Under the pieces are notes generated by a model, which had not been told where the DNA came from, did not search any database, and saw nothing but the letters and a program-made list of their open reading frames with translations. A stretch of 64,000 nucleotides of DNA from the NCBI GenBank assembly GCA_964016885.1, contig OZ024751.1, positions 9,114,001 to 9,178,000 on the forward strand, written 5' to 3'. This stretch comes from Eledone cirrhosa. Taxonomy: Eukaryota. Numbering within the stretch: the stretch's first letter is position 1; each line of letters starts with the position of its first letter. A program made the position numbers and the translations under genes. This document shows, piece by piece, positions 1-14,678 of this stretch.

Positions 1-26
1 GCATGGCGTCAGGTCCCCTATTCCCG

Positions 27-365
27 TTAGGCCAATCGGGTCTGTGCGTACTCATTCCCATGCCCCCTGCCTGAGTCGCCCGGCGGATTCCATGCTGCAA
101 ATGTGCATCTTCTCTGGTGTCTGCATGTCATGATAATTTCAGACTTCAGGTTGACGGCGTCATCCTTCAGTTTGACTATCTCCATGGCCTTGTGTAGGCA
201 CAATCGGCACTTTCTACTTCCGGCCGAATATGCCCTCGCGTGACGAACGACGCTCCATTCCAGGGCGTATGGGGTGCCGTGGTCTTTCATGTCCCACACG
301 AGGTCTACTAACCTAGTGGAGTGTCTTTTGCTACGGTACCTGAAGGAATTCGTGTGATTATACAT
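27..365 (-). pseudogene. Penelope-like element GIY-YIG endonuclease, C-terminal fragment
   Basis: The translation YNHTNSFRY..HSTRLVDLVWDMK..CRLCLHKAMEI..NLKSEIIMTCRH parallels the PLE endonuclease at 24121-24579. It is 5'-truncated at a (TG)/(TA) tract. Confidence 0.8.
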
Positions 366-700
366 CCGCGATTTAAAGTTCGTGGGTGTATGTGTGGGTG
401 TACGTGTGTGTGGGTATGTGTATATGTGTGTCTATATATGAGCATATATATATATGTCTATGTATGTGTGTGTGAGTATATACGTATAGCCACGTTTGAG
501 TAGGTGTGTGTGTGGGGGGGGGGGAAGTGTGCATATATATATGTGTGTGTGTATGTGTATATATGTGGATGTGTTTGTGGGTGAAGGTGCATGCATATGC
601 GGGCCTCTATATGTGTATACATGTATTTGTGCATACACGTTTATGTGCATCTCATAGGAATGTGTGCGGATAATTATATATGGACTATGTATGCTTTTTT

Positions 701-919
701 TAATACAACAAGAATAATAGTAATAATTGTTTCTATTTTAGGCACAAGGCCAGCAATTACTCAGTGTATTACTGGTACTTTATTTTATCGACCCCGTAAG
801 GATGACTTGGCCTTTCATCCTTACGGGGTCGATGAAATAAAGTACCATTAATACACTGAGAAATTGCTGGCCTTGTGCCTAAAGTAGAAACAATTATTAC
901 TATTATTCTTGTTGTATTA
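701..919. repeat. Fold-back palindrome made from the 3' half of the SINE plus its flank
   Basis: 701-805 is the near-perfect reverse complement of 815-919, with a 9-nt spacer. Confidence 0.9.
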
Positions 920-1037
920 TGTTATCACATATCCTCTATATATATCCGTATATATCCGTATATATCCGTACATGTATGTATGGGTCTGTGTACGTGTGTG
1001 TGTGTGTATGTGTGCGTGTATATATATTTATATGTAT

Positions 1038-1070
<33 letters not shown>

Positions 1071-1385
1071 GTATCATATTGCATTTTATATTACATTGTA
1101 TATTTAATTTTTTATGTTACGGTAAGTTATCGTTGTCTTATTGCATCATGTATTTTTAACTGTTCACTTCCAGGTGTGTTTATATATGTATATGTGGTAG
1201 CACATGTGTGTGTAGGCAGATATGCATGCGTGCAGGTGTATGCATGTGGCAACACGTTTGCGTATGCATGTGTAATTGTATGTATATCGGCATATGCGTA
1301 GGTATTTGTATGTATGTGTGGATGTGCGTACGCATGTTAAGTTGTCTCTTTTCATTTGTGTGTATATATGTATATATATATATAT

Positions 1386-1588
1386 GGAGATCTCTCTGCA
1401 CTTGTCGTCACATGATACCATGGGCCCAGCACTATGTGTCAATAATTGTCACAAGTGTAGTGTTTGTACCAGAGTTTTCAAGTCGCTGGCTGGACTAAAA
1501 AGTCACACTCGTTCAGCGCATCGGTAGGGGTTCTCCTACATGGATATAAAGTAGTGGCCGTACTCGAAAACGAGTTGGCAGCCACCAC
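1386..1588 (+). mobile_element. 3' end of an RTE-like LINE (terminal C2H2 finger plus 3' stem-loop)
   Basis: [25 protein letters not shown]-stop is followed by a short UTR with the actcg-aaaa-cgagt hairpin and then (TA)n, the usual layout of RTE 3' ends. Confidence 0.6.
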
Positions 1589-1592
1589 ATAT

Positions 1593-1707
<115 letters not shown>

Positions 1708-2172
1708 AGTGTGTATGTACGTATGTGTATTCGTATGTATGTGTGGGCATGTGCGAGTATAAACTTATATATGTATGTGTGTGTATGTATGTATATGTGT
1801 ATATGTGTGTGTATGAGTGTGTATATATACATATATATAGATATATTTAAATGTATAGAAGGTTGGGCGTATGTATATCTGCGCGCGTATGTATGTATAT
1901 ATATGTGTATGTTTGAGTAGGATATGCCTATCACAATTGATACAGAGCGGAAGTAAACAGCCGTCGGTAGGCTCGTGGCGGTATGTATAACAAGTGGGTG
2001 TGCATGGGTCCGTGTAAGTGTGGGAGAGACGGTGTGTCAGTATATATACTTCGATGTATGTATGTGGGGGGTTGTTTGCGCATGTAGGTGTACGTGTGTG
2101 TATGCATAGATGGGTATGTGTCTGCATGTGTGTGTGTTGTTATGTGTGTATTTTAGTATGTGTGGGTGTTTA

Positions 2173-2236
2173 CTCTGAAGAGTGAGCAGACGTGTGAAGT
2201 ACAGAACCCAGCATGACTCCATTGAAATGTGTCGGA
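2173..2236 (+). ncRNA. Decayed PLE-type hammerhead motif
   Basis: CTGAAGA ... GAAATGTGTC, compatible with CpG-decayed GAAACGCGTC. Stems are imperfect. Confidence 0.35.
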
Positions 2237-2349
2237 CGGAAAATGGTTGATGAACCGTGAGGCAGCAGATACTGACCAGAACTTGTGATGACGTGTAGTA
2301 AAAACAGCCAATGGCATGACAAGAGTGGAAATAGGTTTTTTTTAGGGGG

Positions 2350-2525
2350 TTTTTTGATGATAACACCCCAATGATAAAATTTGCTCCGGACGTAACACCC
2401 ATGTCTGAAAGAACCCGCAGAATAAAATCAGCCAAATCCATACAAGGACCATGAATTGAGCTACATGCCGGCGAATCGTTTGTAACACGAAATAAACTAA
2501 ATCTAGATGCATCACTGATTTTTCT
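2350..2525 (+). mobile_element. Short PLE-terminus-like repeat, homologous to 19285-19460 (-)
   Basis: Shared blocks aatttgctccg, gccggcgaa, tgtaacac and agatgcatcactgattttt. Both copies abut (TA)n. Confidence 0.55.
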
Positions 2526-2556
2526 TTTTCTTTATAATATATATATATATATACAG

Positions 2557-2608
<52 letters not shown>

Positions 2609-2622
2609 CACACACACATATA

Positions 2623-2713
2623 CAGCGAGTTCCCAAAAAATGTTTATACATTTTGATTATTTGTATAGGCAATATTTATTAGAATGCTGTATGCATTTAT
2701 TTGGGACACCCTG
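2623..2713. mobile_element. Tc1/mariner-type MITE relic
   Basis: TA|cagcgagttcccaaa ... tttgggacaccctg|TA: imperfect terminal inverted repeats flanked by TA. Confidence 0.55.
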
Positions 2714-2929
2714 TAAATATATATATACACTTTTATTCTTTTATATTTTTCAGCCATCAGGCTGAGGCCATACTGGGGCAATGCCCTTGTTTATATACAG
2801 AGAGCGAGATTTAAAATTCCGACCACGATGCCAAGCAATCGTGGTACTACATGTCACTATACCTATTTTGCATCTACCCATGCATTGAGTACTCCAATGC
2901 TAATTCATCTCCCCGATATCCCACAGACT

Positions 2930-2943
2930 TTCTCTCCCTCTCC

Positions 2944-3000
<57 letters not shown>

Positions 3001-3006
3001 TCACTC

Positions 3007-3037
<31 letters not shown>

Positions 3038-3107
3038 CCTATATATCCTCCAATTCGTCCAAGCGTGAGCGAAACATAACTTTGATTTTTTTCTCCTGTG
3101 TTTTATT

Positions 3108-3146
<39 letters not shown>

Positions 3147-3232
3147 CTGTATGTGTGGGTGCGTGTGTTTATGTGTGTGTGTGTGCGTGTGTGTGTGTGT
3201 GTGTATGTGTGTGTATTTGTGTGTGTGTGTGT
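2930..3232. repeat. (CT)n, (TA)n and (TG)n microsatellites
   Basis: Direct inspection. Confidence 0.95.
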
Positions 3233-4227
3233 TCTACTGCTGGTCATTGAGGTTTTCAAAAACATTTGAGGAAAAAAATCTATTTCCAAATAAATTAAAT
3301 TCTCAGTAATATTTAGGTTCAGCACGAAATTTCAGATGAACGCATTTACTAAGTATAATACTTGAGTATAATATTTAAGATCAAAACATATATATTTGAA
3401 AGTTGTTATATGTATCATATCTTTGAGGCAGGAATAAATTGACATGAACTTAGTGAAAGAACATAAGACGGAAAATCCAAAATGAAAAAAAATATATAGA
3501 AATATAAACTTTCAGTTATTGCTTCATTGATGATTTAATGTATGAAGTTAATACATGGAAAGTTGGCATAGAGGTCAAATCTGCAAATGTTTCTGAATAG
3601 AAAGAAGAGAAAATTGAAGAGAAGCAAGCGAATTGTAATGTTACTCAGGTATAGTAGATTAGCCTCGGGTGTTGTGGTAGTTATTGAGAGTCTGTGAGTA
3701 GCTCGGTGTATGCAAATGTCTATTCCGGTGAACAGAGTTGGATTGATGTGAGGAAATGGTTTGGTGTGGGAAAGAAGTTAATAAATAGCTATTTAGGGAT
3801 GCTATAATTGAAGGTGAGCATAGAAAGATATACGTGAGAGTGTGAGAAATCGGGAAAGATAACAAGACAGAGAAGAAAGTGTTAGAGAAAATAATATACA
3901 GAGAAAATGTGACAGTGATTGAGGGAGGGGGCAAGTGAGCTGTAGAGAATAACAGAAAGATTTGCAAATATCAAGTCGCTGTGAATTAGACCTGAAGTTG
4001 TAAAGATGCAAGGAATATGAAATAAGGTTGGAGAGAAAAATAAACTAATACAAATATATGCTTAGCAATGGCGATATATTGGAGTGATAGGAGGAGGAGA
4101 GGAAGAAATTGGAAGCTGAAATATTGAAGGAAGAAGTTTATATTGAAGAATATATGCTGAAATGTCTACTGTGTAATACTAGGAGTTGAAGAATTTAGAG
4201 TTGGCAACATCAAGATGAGACATTAAA

Positions 4228-4735
4228 TAGTAGTGGTAGTGTTGGTTGCAGTGGACTTAGTAGTGGTTGTAAAGGTGGTGGTGGTGGGTTTGCTGGTTTT
4301 ATTGTGGTGGTTGTGTTGATTGTAGTGGACTTAGTAATGGTTGTAATGGTGGTGGTGCTCGTTGTAGTGGTGGTGGTGGAGGTGGGTTTGCTGGTTTTAT
4401 TGTGGTGGTTGTGTTGATTGCAGTGGGGATGGTGGTGGTGGTGGTGGTGGTGGTATCGGTGATGTTGGTTGTAGTGGTGGTAGTTGTGTTGGTGGCGGTC
4501 CTTGTGGTGTTAGTGTTCGTCAAGGTAGTGTTGTTGGTAGTGATGGCGGTATTGCTTTTAGTGGTCGTATCGGTGGTGTTAGTGGTGGTAATGTTGGTGG
4601 CGGTGATGGCCATCGACTTCCTTGTTGTCGGCGTAGTCATCGTCATGTTGGTGGTGAAGGTCGTGGCACTCATGGCTGTGGTAATGGCGGTGATCATGGT
4701 TGTAGTAGTTGTAGTCGTAGTTGCGGTAGTGGAGT
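4228..4735. repeat. Degenerate (GGT/GTA)n trinucleotide low-complexity tract
   Basis: Produces the spurious poly-Val and poly-Thr ORFs. Confidence 0.9.
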
Positions 4736-5408
4736 TGGAATTGAGAGGGTGTGCTCATAACACAAAAGAATATTTAGGGTCATACATGATAAGAAGGAAA
4801 ATGTTTCCACCAGAAGAAAGGAAATAAAATAAAGGAATTTACTTAATATACTACCCGGGTATTGCCATAGGTCTAAGGTCGTCATTTCTATGCCCTTTAC
4901 ATTAACATACATGAAGCTCAAGTGGATAACTGCAATAAGAATACTTCTCTCTATATGTATATTACGATTTAAATATTTCTCTACGTATACAAATGTATGT
5001 CATATATAATGAAACATAAAAAAATATGTATAATATATTTATATATCTACATGTATACTGACACACACAGACAAACACATACACACACACACAAACACAC
5101 ACACACACATGCACACACGCATATATATATATATATAAGCTTATATATATAATACATGTATACATATATAATAGTACATGCATGTATGCATAAATATAAA
5201 TATATACATACATATATGCATATATATTAGTACATACATATAGAGATATATATGATTACATACATTTATGTATATAAACATATATATACATATATGCATA
5301 TATATGTGTGCTTATGTATGTGTGTATATATGTAGATATATAAATATATTATACATATATTTTGTTTCATTATATGTATATATAAATGCATATATATATT
5401 TGTATATA

Positions 5409-5476
<68 letters not shown>

Positions 5477-5974
5477 TATTTTAAATCCATTCCGAAGCCG
5501 TTATATATTTTCGTTCGTTTTATCATCTTTTCGTGTTTTCTTGTTGTTGGTGTTGTTGTGCCAGTCGATTATTATTATTGCTACATACTTCATACTTGGT
5601 CGTTTCTCAGAGTATAAACATATGTTGACAGAGGCTTTTTCCTTGGAGATATCGTGCTCCAACAGCATTAGCATCTGAAGGCTGCTTGATTGAATTGCAT
5701 TCTATTCCTGTAGAATATTAAATGTACATCTTTGCTTTAGACATGTCATCTTGCATTATAGTCTGTGTTATAAGTTCCACAGAAAAGAAGGAAAAGCCAA
5801 TGCTGCTACCGACATAGATTTTCATATTTTTGGTTTATGTTTTGTATAAGATATTGATATGACTTGTATATCATGGGACTAAGGATCATGTACTTGAGGA
5901 AAAAAAGGAAGTACGAGATAATCGCTGAAATTAAGAGAATGCGGAGGGGCCCAGGAAGATATGTGTATATATGA

Positions 5975-7045
<1,071 letters not shown>

Positions 7046-7309
7046 AATTATATGTCATTTTCAATCATATTGATAGTAACGTAAATGTCATAAAGGTGAT
7101 GATGATGGGTAGTGGAGAATGAGGATGAGAAAGAAAAGGATAGTAATGGCTGTGATTGTAACGAACATCTCAATACATCCTTTTTCTTTCTATTACCACA
7201 TCCACCTCAGTTTCCCATCCTTACACCGACACAATTCAAAATACGGTGTATAAACCTGTGGAGTTGGTTTATGCCATACCAAGACACAACATTGTATTTT
7301 TACTGCACC

Positions 7310-7524
7310 TGGATTGGCCTTATAGGTAGAGTGTCGGACAACGTGTTGTCGCATAGAGTTGCGGCCCTTTACATCATGTGTTCAAATCCCGCCGAGGTTA
7401 GCTTTCCCTTTCATACTTACGAGGTCGATAAAATAAGAACCAGTCACGCACTGCGGTCGATTTAATCGACTTTCCATTTCCCAAAATATTTCTGTGTCTG
7501 TGCCTATATTAGAAACCAATATTA
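7310..7524 (+). mobile_element. tRNA-derived SINE, diverged copy
   Basis: B box gttcaaatcc, body gtcgataaaataa, tail gtgcctatattagaaac. Matches the other copies. Confidence 0.85.
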
Positions 7525-7719
7525 CTGCACTTGTAATATGTAGAAATGAATAACTAAACTTTATGGGATCGTTTTCTGAAACTTTCACGCTAGTTTCGTT
7601 AGACCAAGAACTTCAAGCATTACGTGTGTTATTGTTTTTAAATAGAACACAGAAATACAGAGCAGGCGACTAAGTAGAAAATGAAAGGACACGTAGTGTG
7701 GAAGAAATACAATATAATG

Positions 7720-8250
7720 ATTTATATAACAAACTTAAAGAACGAAGATACGAAAGATCAGAATGGCAAAAATTGTTATTCTTACCAGTATTTATAATTA
7801 AGTAGGTTTAGAAGAACATTCTGTCAAAGACAGTGATGTGCAAACCAGGAAACGAAGTGGTCACTCGACCAGGATTAGCTGGAGGGATGGCAACTGGTTG
7901 ATTATATACATAACATTGTACAAAGAAAGACATTACGGGATGTTACAAGAGAATTTAATGAAAACAGATATCCTGCTGTTAGACTATATCATACAACAAA
8001 GCACAAATGACTACAAGAGTGTAGTAATATAAAGGAAAATGATTGTTTCCGAACTAGACAGGAAAAAATGTCTTGCATGCTGTCTCCAGAATAGAAAATT
8101 GGCAACAACTATTGGAAAATTATAGTATTTTCTGCTGGAATTCTGATGGATTGTAAACTGGAATAATCAACGTCTATTTTTACGGTGAACGTGGGGAGTA
8201 AACATGTTTTATATGTTTGTTGGTGTGTTAGCTGACTGAAATAAGAAGAA
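7720..8250 (+). pseudogene. Highly decayed Tc1-like transposase relic
   Basis: RKRSGHSTRISWRD resembles the Tc1 HTH-linker RSGRP..xSxRD. Downstream NYWKIIVFSA (~8108-8137) resembles WxxVxFSDE. Many stops; boundaries approximate. Confidence 0.45.
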
Positions 8251-9210
8251 ACATTAAGAAACAGACTTTTCAGAAGTAACTGATAAAATCACATCTATTG
8301 AAATAAAATTACAGAAGAGGGGTGCAGTACAAGAACGAAAGAGAACATTATTCCCTTTTACTCTTGAAACACTTGTTTATAGAATACAGTCAACCAATAT
8401 TTACTCTATGAAGCAGGTTATAGTATAATAGTAGTGCAGCTCAATAACTCCCAAATGTTACATAAGCATTAAAATGCAAGACATTTACTCTGTTATACAA
8501 ATAATATTCTATACAATTGCATAGTAATAGTGAAGCCCGATTTCTCGTAAATGTTACACACACACATACTCTTACACACATACATACACGCTTACACACA
8601 CGCATACACACACACTTTCTCTTTCTCACTCTCTCTCTCTCTTTCTTTCTTTCTCTCTCTTTATCTCTCTCTCTCTTTCTCTTTCTCTTTCTCTCCATTT
8701 CTCTCTCTATTTCTCCCACTCTTTCTCTCTCTCCAACACATCACAATAAATACATGGTTATTCCTGTTATGTAACTACAAGTTAGTCTTCATAAAACCTT
8801 TCTGTCGCGATCACCCTGTCTTTTATTTATAACTACATTATCAAACGATATTTTTGTAGTTTAGTTTTCTTGTTTAAAAACATGTCAGACATGATTGGGC
8901 AAAGTAATGATCAAAAGCATTTTAGCCCTATCTATGCGTCCTTTTTTTTAATTTGAGTTATATATATGCTGCTAATTCTAGCGAGTCAAGCGACCTTTTA
9001 TGATATTGAGTGAATTTGAATTATATTTGTTTATGGGAAAGCGAGATTACTTCCTGGAATTCATATTTTGATTTTCTGCATTCACGAATATTTTGGAATC
9101 GTGTGAATATTTATAATTAATGGTGATAGACGCAGAAATGACTAACGCTGTATTCAACAATATTATTAATTAAGGTGACTTTTATTTGTAGGTGAGTCTA
9201 TTTACTGCTA

Positions 9211-9213
<3 letters not shown>

Positions 9214-9296
<83 letters not shown>
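9214..9296. repeat. (TTA)n tract at the 3' end of R4/Dong copy A1
   Basis: Pure ATT repeat abutting the element's 3' UTR. Confidence 0.95.
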
Positions 9297-9297
<1 letters not shown>

Positions 9298-12200
9298 TTT
9301 GAGTCTCAGTCATTAAATGTTAGTTAACTGGAAAGTTAAATGAATATCAAGCCACTACCTGCAGCCTCAGATATTCAGGACGTATCGGAGGGTTCTTGCT
9401 GTTCCCAGCAAGCATGCCTTTTGAAGCGTTCCAAAAAGCGTGAAGGGGCCGATTTTCTTTAACCATCCCTGGAAACTTTTGGAGATAGTCCCCAGTGCGC
9501 CTATGACAATCGGGATCACTTTGACTTCATGGCAGTTCCAAATCCTTTTCACCTCCCACTTTAGGTCCTGGTATCAGTTAATTTTCTCCCTCTCCTTCTC
9601 TTGCACTCTCGTGTCGAAAGGGAAGGCCACATGTACAATCAGACACGATCTTTTTTCTTTGTCCCCAACCACCAGGTCAGGTCTATTGTGTTCCAGTTTT
9701 TTGTCCGTCTGTATCCTAAAATCCCACAGCACCTTCACCTGATTGTTCTCCATCACCGCCTCTGGCCTATGCTCATACCATTTCTCAGAATGTGGTAAAT
9801 TGTTTACTTTGCACAGGTGCCAGTGGATCACCCTGCCCATCACATCGTGTCTCCAGCCCTTATAGTGGGTCTGGGCTAGGTGTTTACACTCGGACACAAT
9901 GTGAGCCACAGTCTCCTCTCTCTCTCCACAGATCCTGCACAGTGGGCTAGCCTCCTCCTTGTAAATATGGTGCGTCAACCACTTCGTTTTGAGGGCCTGC
10001 TTCTGCGCAGCCATTAGCATTCCTTCTGTAGCCTTTTTGAGGTCTCCTCTTCTCAACCAGTTCCATGTCTGTGGATCTCTAAATTCAGTTTTCTCAACGA
10101 AGGTACTATGAAGGGATTTTCCCTTAAGGCTGCTCTTCCTCCTTGATGTTATTTCCTCCTTGGACATCCCCTGGCCTACTGTCCCCTCCTTCAGTACAGT
10201 TCTGAGCATTGGCTCCTTACTATAGGTCACGTATTTGTATAGGTTGTTTTTCTCCATCCGAACACAGTCCTCTATGCTGATAAGACCTCTTCCACCCTCA
10301 GACCTCCTTAGGTAGAGTCTATCGACATCACTCCTCTTGTGGAACATGTTGTAGATAGTCAATAGCTTCCTAGTCTTCCTATCCATTTCTATTTGTTCAG
10401 CAACATTCCATCTCAGAATTCCCGCACTGTACCTAATAATAGACACAGCTCGGGAATTTACTGCGCTTATGGCATTTCTGCTGTTCAGATGTGACTTCAA
10501 TACGCTCCTTATTCTCCGAATGTATTCAGTTCTTAACAATTCCTTCATTTTTTTGTTCTTTATGCCATCAGCCTCCAGAACGCCCAAATACTAGTATCCT
10601 TCCTCAGAGTCAATTTCCTTTATCATCTCACCTGTTGGTATCTGGATCCCGTTACTTCTGCTCAACCTACCCCTCCTCATCACAATGATTCCACATTTAC
10701 TAATACCAAACTGCATACATATATCACTGCTGAAAATACGGACAGTGTCAACAAGCACATCCAACTCCTTCTCACTTTTCCCGAAGAGCTTAAGATCGTC
10801 CATGAAGAGGAGGTGATTGATGGTAAGCTCTCCCTTTCCCAACTTGTATCCTGCTCTCACTTTTCGCAGCATAATGGTCAAGGGCATCAGGGCAAGGACA
10901 AACAACAGAGGGAACAGGCTATCTCCTTGGAAGATACCTCTCTTGATCTTCACGCTTCCCAAGGATACTCCAGTAGATGTCAACTCTGTCTCCCAGGACC
11001 CCATACTCCTGCCCAGCAACTGTCTGATGTTATCTGCCACCCTGAATATCTCCAGGCTTTTGGTGATCCAAGAATGAGGCACCATGTCAAATGCCTTTCT
11101 GTAGTCTATCCATCCCATGGCAAGATCAGTGTGTCTCCTCCTGCAATTCCCCATTACCATCTTATCAATAAGTAACTGGTCCTTTTTACCACGTGATTTC
11201 TTTCGGCATCCTTTCTGTTCGTCCGGTAACAAGTTGTTTGTGTGGAGGTGATGGTAGATTTCCTCAGACACAATGCTCGTCAACAGTTTCCACATTACGG
11301 ACAGACATGTGATAGGTCTAGAGTTGGTAACATCATTACACTTGATTCGGTCTTTCATTATCAGAACTGTGGTACCTTTTGTCAACCACTCTGGCACCTC
11401 ACCCGACACCAAGCAGTCATTGAACATGGCCGTCAGCTTCGGGTGGAGGGATGTTAAATGTTTAATCCAATACCCCTGCACACCATCTGGGCCTGGTGAT
11501 TTCCAGTTGGTTAGTTTTTTGGCCTGCCCCTTAAGAGTTTCAACTGTGATACTCAAATCAGTTTGTTGGTGTGCCTGCTCACCGATCTCCCTCTGTACTG
11601 TCTCAATCCACCCTGCCTGGACATTATGTCTAACATCCTGCTCCCATATTCCTCTCCAGAATGTTTTAGTTTGCTCCGCCCCAGGGATCAAGTCGTTGCC
11701 TCTTTCTTTCCCCTCAAGCTGTCCAAACAGCATCTTCTGGTTGTTGTCGAACATGCGGTTCTGTTTATACTGACTGACTCTGTTCTCGTATCGCCTGATT
11801 TTTGCACTCTTTGCTACAATGCGTTGCTTCAGTTCCTCTATGATAATATTTAGCTTTTTCCTCCTAGTTTTGTACTTTATTTCCAGTCTATTTTTAGTGC
11901 CTATGTTTTTTAGTGTCCCATTCAGTAGTGACTCAAGCTTTCCTATGTCATTTCTCATTTCCCCGATCTGACCACTCAGTCGTTTCTTCCACCACGGCTC
12001 TGCTCTTTCTTGTCTGTTGTTTCCTCTCGCTTTTATACCAAGTAGTTTCCTCACCGTATTTGCTGTTGCTTTGAGGATATTGTTGCACTGGTGAAGGCTC
12101 CTCGCCTCAAGGTATGGGATGACTTTGTTTACCTTAGCTGTTGTTTCTTTTAACTTTTTCCTGTCTACAAATCTTAGGTTCATAGGTCTCCCACTATCAT

Positions 12201-13795
12201 TGTTCAATTCATGTACCACTAAATTTAGGATGTCAACCGAATCTTCTCCTAGCCCGTCAGCATTCATCTCCTCAGTTGCCGTATCTCTGTTCCAGGTATT
12301 ATTTATCTCAGTATTCAGATCATTGTCTGCTTCGGGTGGTTCCTCCGTTCTCAGGACCTCTTCACCTACATTTCCCACTGGCTCGCTTGTCTGGCATACT
12401 ACACCCGCCATCTCCAAGCCATTCTCTCTGCTCAGTTCCTCCAGTTCCAGCTCGCTTATCCACCCATTAGTTCTTATTACCCGAGCCTGCCCGGCCAATT
12501 TTTGTTCATCTAATTTAAATAGACCAATCTCGTTCCAGATGTTATGCATCCGTCTCCTGTAGCCCCTCTCCTTGGGGTTACTTTTCAGGTAACATTGCAT
12601 AACAGTTCTATTCAATTCTTTCGTCCAGTTGGTTCTGGCCCCTTTCCTGCTTCCTCTTCCTCCAACATCAGCAGTATTTGGTTGACAGTCAGGTTCCTGC
12701 TGCTGAGCCAGGGGGCACCTGTTGGGTGAGAGTCTGTCACATGACGTTCTAGTCTCCATTTCACCGTTATTCGAACTGTTTATGTTCGATATTTAAACAC
12801 TCTTATCGAGGATTGGCGAATGTATGGTTACATAGCCATCTGTGGATTCGCCGTTCCACTTGGCCCTTGTGTGGCATTATCACCACGCTGTATACGAACA
12901 CACATAAACAAACAAACGCACAGGCAGAAAGGGCCCCAAAAATGAATAAGCATAAGTTTCATTGTAATGTAGTCTTCGAATGTCTGACTTAGTTTTTGTT
13001 TTTTTAGTTTTAGTTTTTCCCCCCTCTTCTCTGTCCGTCCGCCTGCTTCTCTCTTCATTCTTATTTTCTTTACGTTATTTGTTTTTTTTTTGTTTTTGTT
13101 TTCCTCTGTTTATTTTTCTCGTTTTTTGCTGTTGTTGCTGTGCTGCTTTGGTTTTGTTGTTTGTTTTTTTCTTTTTTCTTTTGAGTCTATCTATATATGT
13201 TGATGCCTTCCTCTTTTTTAGTAGTAGGAATTCTATAATGTGGTGGCAGCAGCCAGCTGGGTGAAGTGGTAGACTGGCGGCGGTAGCGATACTGAGACAG
13301 TGGTGGTGGTGATGTCGATACCGAGGCAGTGGTGGTGGTAATGTGATAGTATTACTGTAGTGGTGGTGTTGTAGCGGTGGTAGCAGTGAAGGAGTGAAGG
13401 AGTGGTGGCGGCGGTGATGGGATAGTGGTGGTAATGATGACAGTAGTGAGCGGTGGTGGTGAAATTGCCGTTATCTGGCTGCTGTGTTTAGTGTACACAG
13501 GTGATGAGGTGGGTGGTGTATCTAGTTTCTGGTGTTGGTGAGTTTGGCTGTTCTATATAGTGTAGATAGAGGAGAGGAGGGGGGGGGGTTCTTCTTCCAT
13601 TTATAGCCATTTTCTTTTTTGGATATACAGTGTACAATACAAAGTTGAATATTTGAATATTTGAGCCTTATAACAATATATTTTGGGTCCGAAATTTTGG
13701 GGGCTCAAGCCGGGTGCTTTACGTAGCATTTGTACTAAGAGTTGTTATTTCACAAATGATTTAAATATGTTAAAAATTCAAAACTTACGGGAGCG
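9297..13795 (-). mobile_element. R4/Dong-like non-LTR retrotransposon, family A copy 1 (near full length, inactivated)
   Basis: Nearly identical to the reverse complement of ~48278-52789, flanked on both sides by (TAA)n. It lacks only the first ~40 nt of the leader. Confidence 0.93.
9367..12759 (-). pseudogene. RT + CCHC + restriction-like endonuclease ORF with two nonsense substitutions
   Basis: Collinear with the 1130-aa ORF at 49323. AAG>TAG at ~10591 and CGA>TGA at ~9574. The endonuclease motif VDVACP reads VHVAFP. Confidence 0.92.

Positions 13796-13853
<58 letters not shown>
13796..13853. repeat. (TTA)n tract at the 5' end of A1
   Basis: Pure ATT repeat. Confidence 0.95.
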
Positions 13854-14050
13854 GGTCGGTGGATTAACAGTATCGGTAGATCGTTGGACAACATGCTTCG
13901 CAGCATAGATACGGCCCTTTATGTTCCGAGTTCAAATTCCGCCGAGGTTAGCTCACCTTTTATCCTTACGGGGTCAATAAAATAAAGCTCCATTAATGCA
14001 CTGAGGTCGATTTAATCGACCTACTCCCACCCCCACCCCCAAATTGCTAC
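13854..14050 (+). mobile_element. tRNA-derived SINE
   Basis: Head ggtggattaacagtatcggtag, B box gagttcaaattcc, conserved body. Begins directly after (TTA)n. Confidence 0.85.
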
Positions 14051-14483
14051 TGAACCCAAAATATCGTGTGCTATTGCTCCAATTGTACGGTAAGTTAATG
14101 TAACGTCAGACAAAGGCTCACTTCATGGCCCTTCCTTTCCGCCATCAGCTTTTCCTACCTTTCTTCCTTACGTCTATGATTTTTTTTTTTCGGATTGTTT
14201 GTCGTCCCATAATGGACGCGTCTGGTTAGTTGGAAAATTGCCCTTTTTGGGAGGCAGCTACTTCAGCTGATTTTGAAAGCATGTCGCTGTTTGTGGAAGA
14301 AATGGCTGGATAAATGGTGAGCTGGTTGACTGGCCAGCTGGCTGACCGGTTATTTTTGAACCAGTGCCTTTCTCTTGCTTTTCCGTTTTTACAAGTTTAT
14401 AGTGATTTAGCAATTGAACGATTATTTAGTGGTTGTTTGGTTCGGTGGGTGATTTCCAGCTTGATAACATGAGTGTGTTTGTT

Positions 14484-14678
14484 TGGATTGGCGGTATCGG
14501 CAGAGCGTCGGACAACATGCTTTGCAGCATAGTTATGGCCCTTTACGTTCTGTGTTCAAATCCCCGGAGGTTAGATTTGCCTTTTACCCTTCCGGGATCG
14601 ATAAAATAAAGCACCAGTAACGCACTGGAATCAATTTAACTCTCCCCTTAAATTGCTGGTCTTGTAGAGACAATTATT
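14484..14678 (+). mobile_element. tRNA-derived SINE (a further decayed copy lies at ~14780-14940)
   Basis: A box tggcggtatcgg, B box gttcaaatcc, tail gagacaattatt. Confidence 0.8.

Noticed and set aside
1460-1530. C2H2 zinc finger as an exon of a host zinc-finger gene
   Set aside because: It is a single finger with an immediate stop, no TGEKP linker, and an RTE-like 3' hairpin, so a LINE end fits better.
4299-4827. Poly-Thr mucin-like and poly-Val membrane-like ORFs (also 15103-15751)
   Set aside because: These are trinucleotide repeats open in several frames on both strands, with no supported exon structure.
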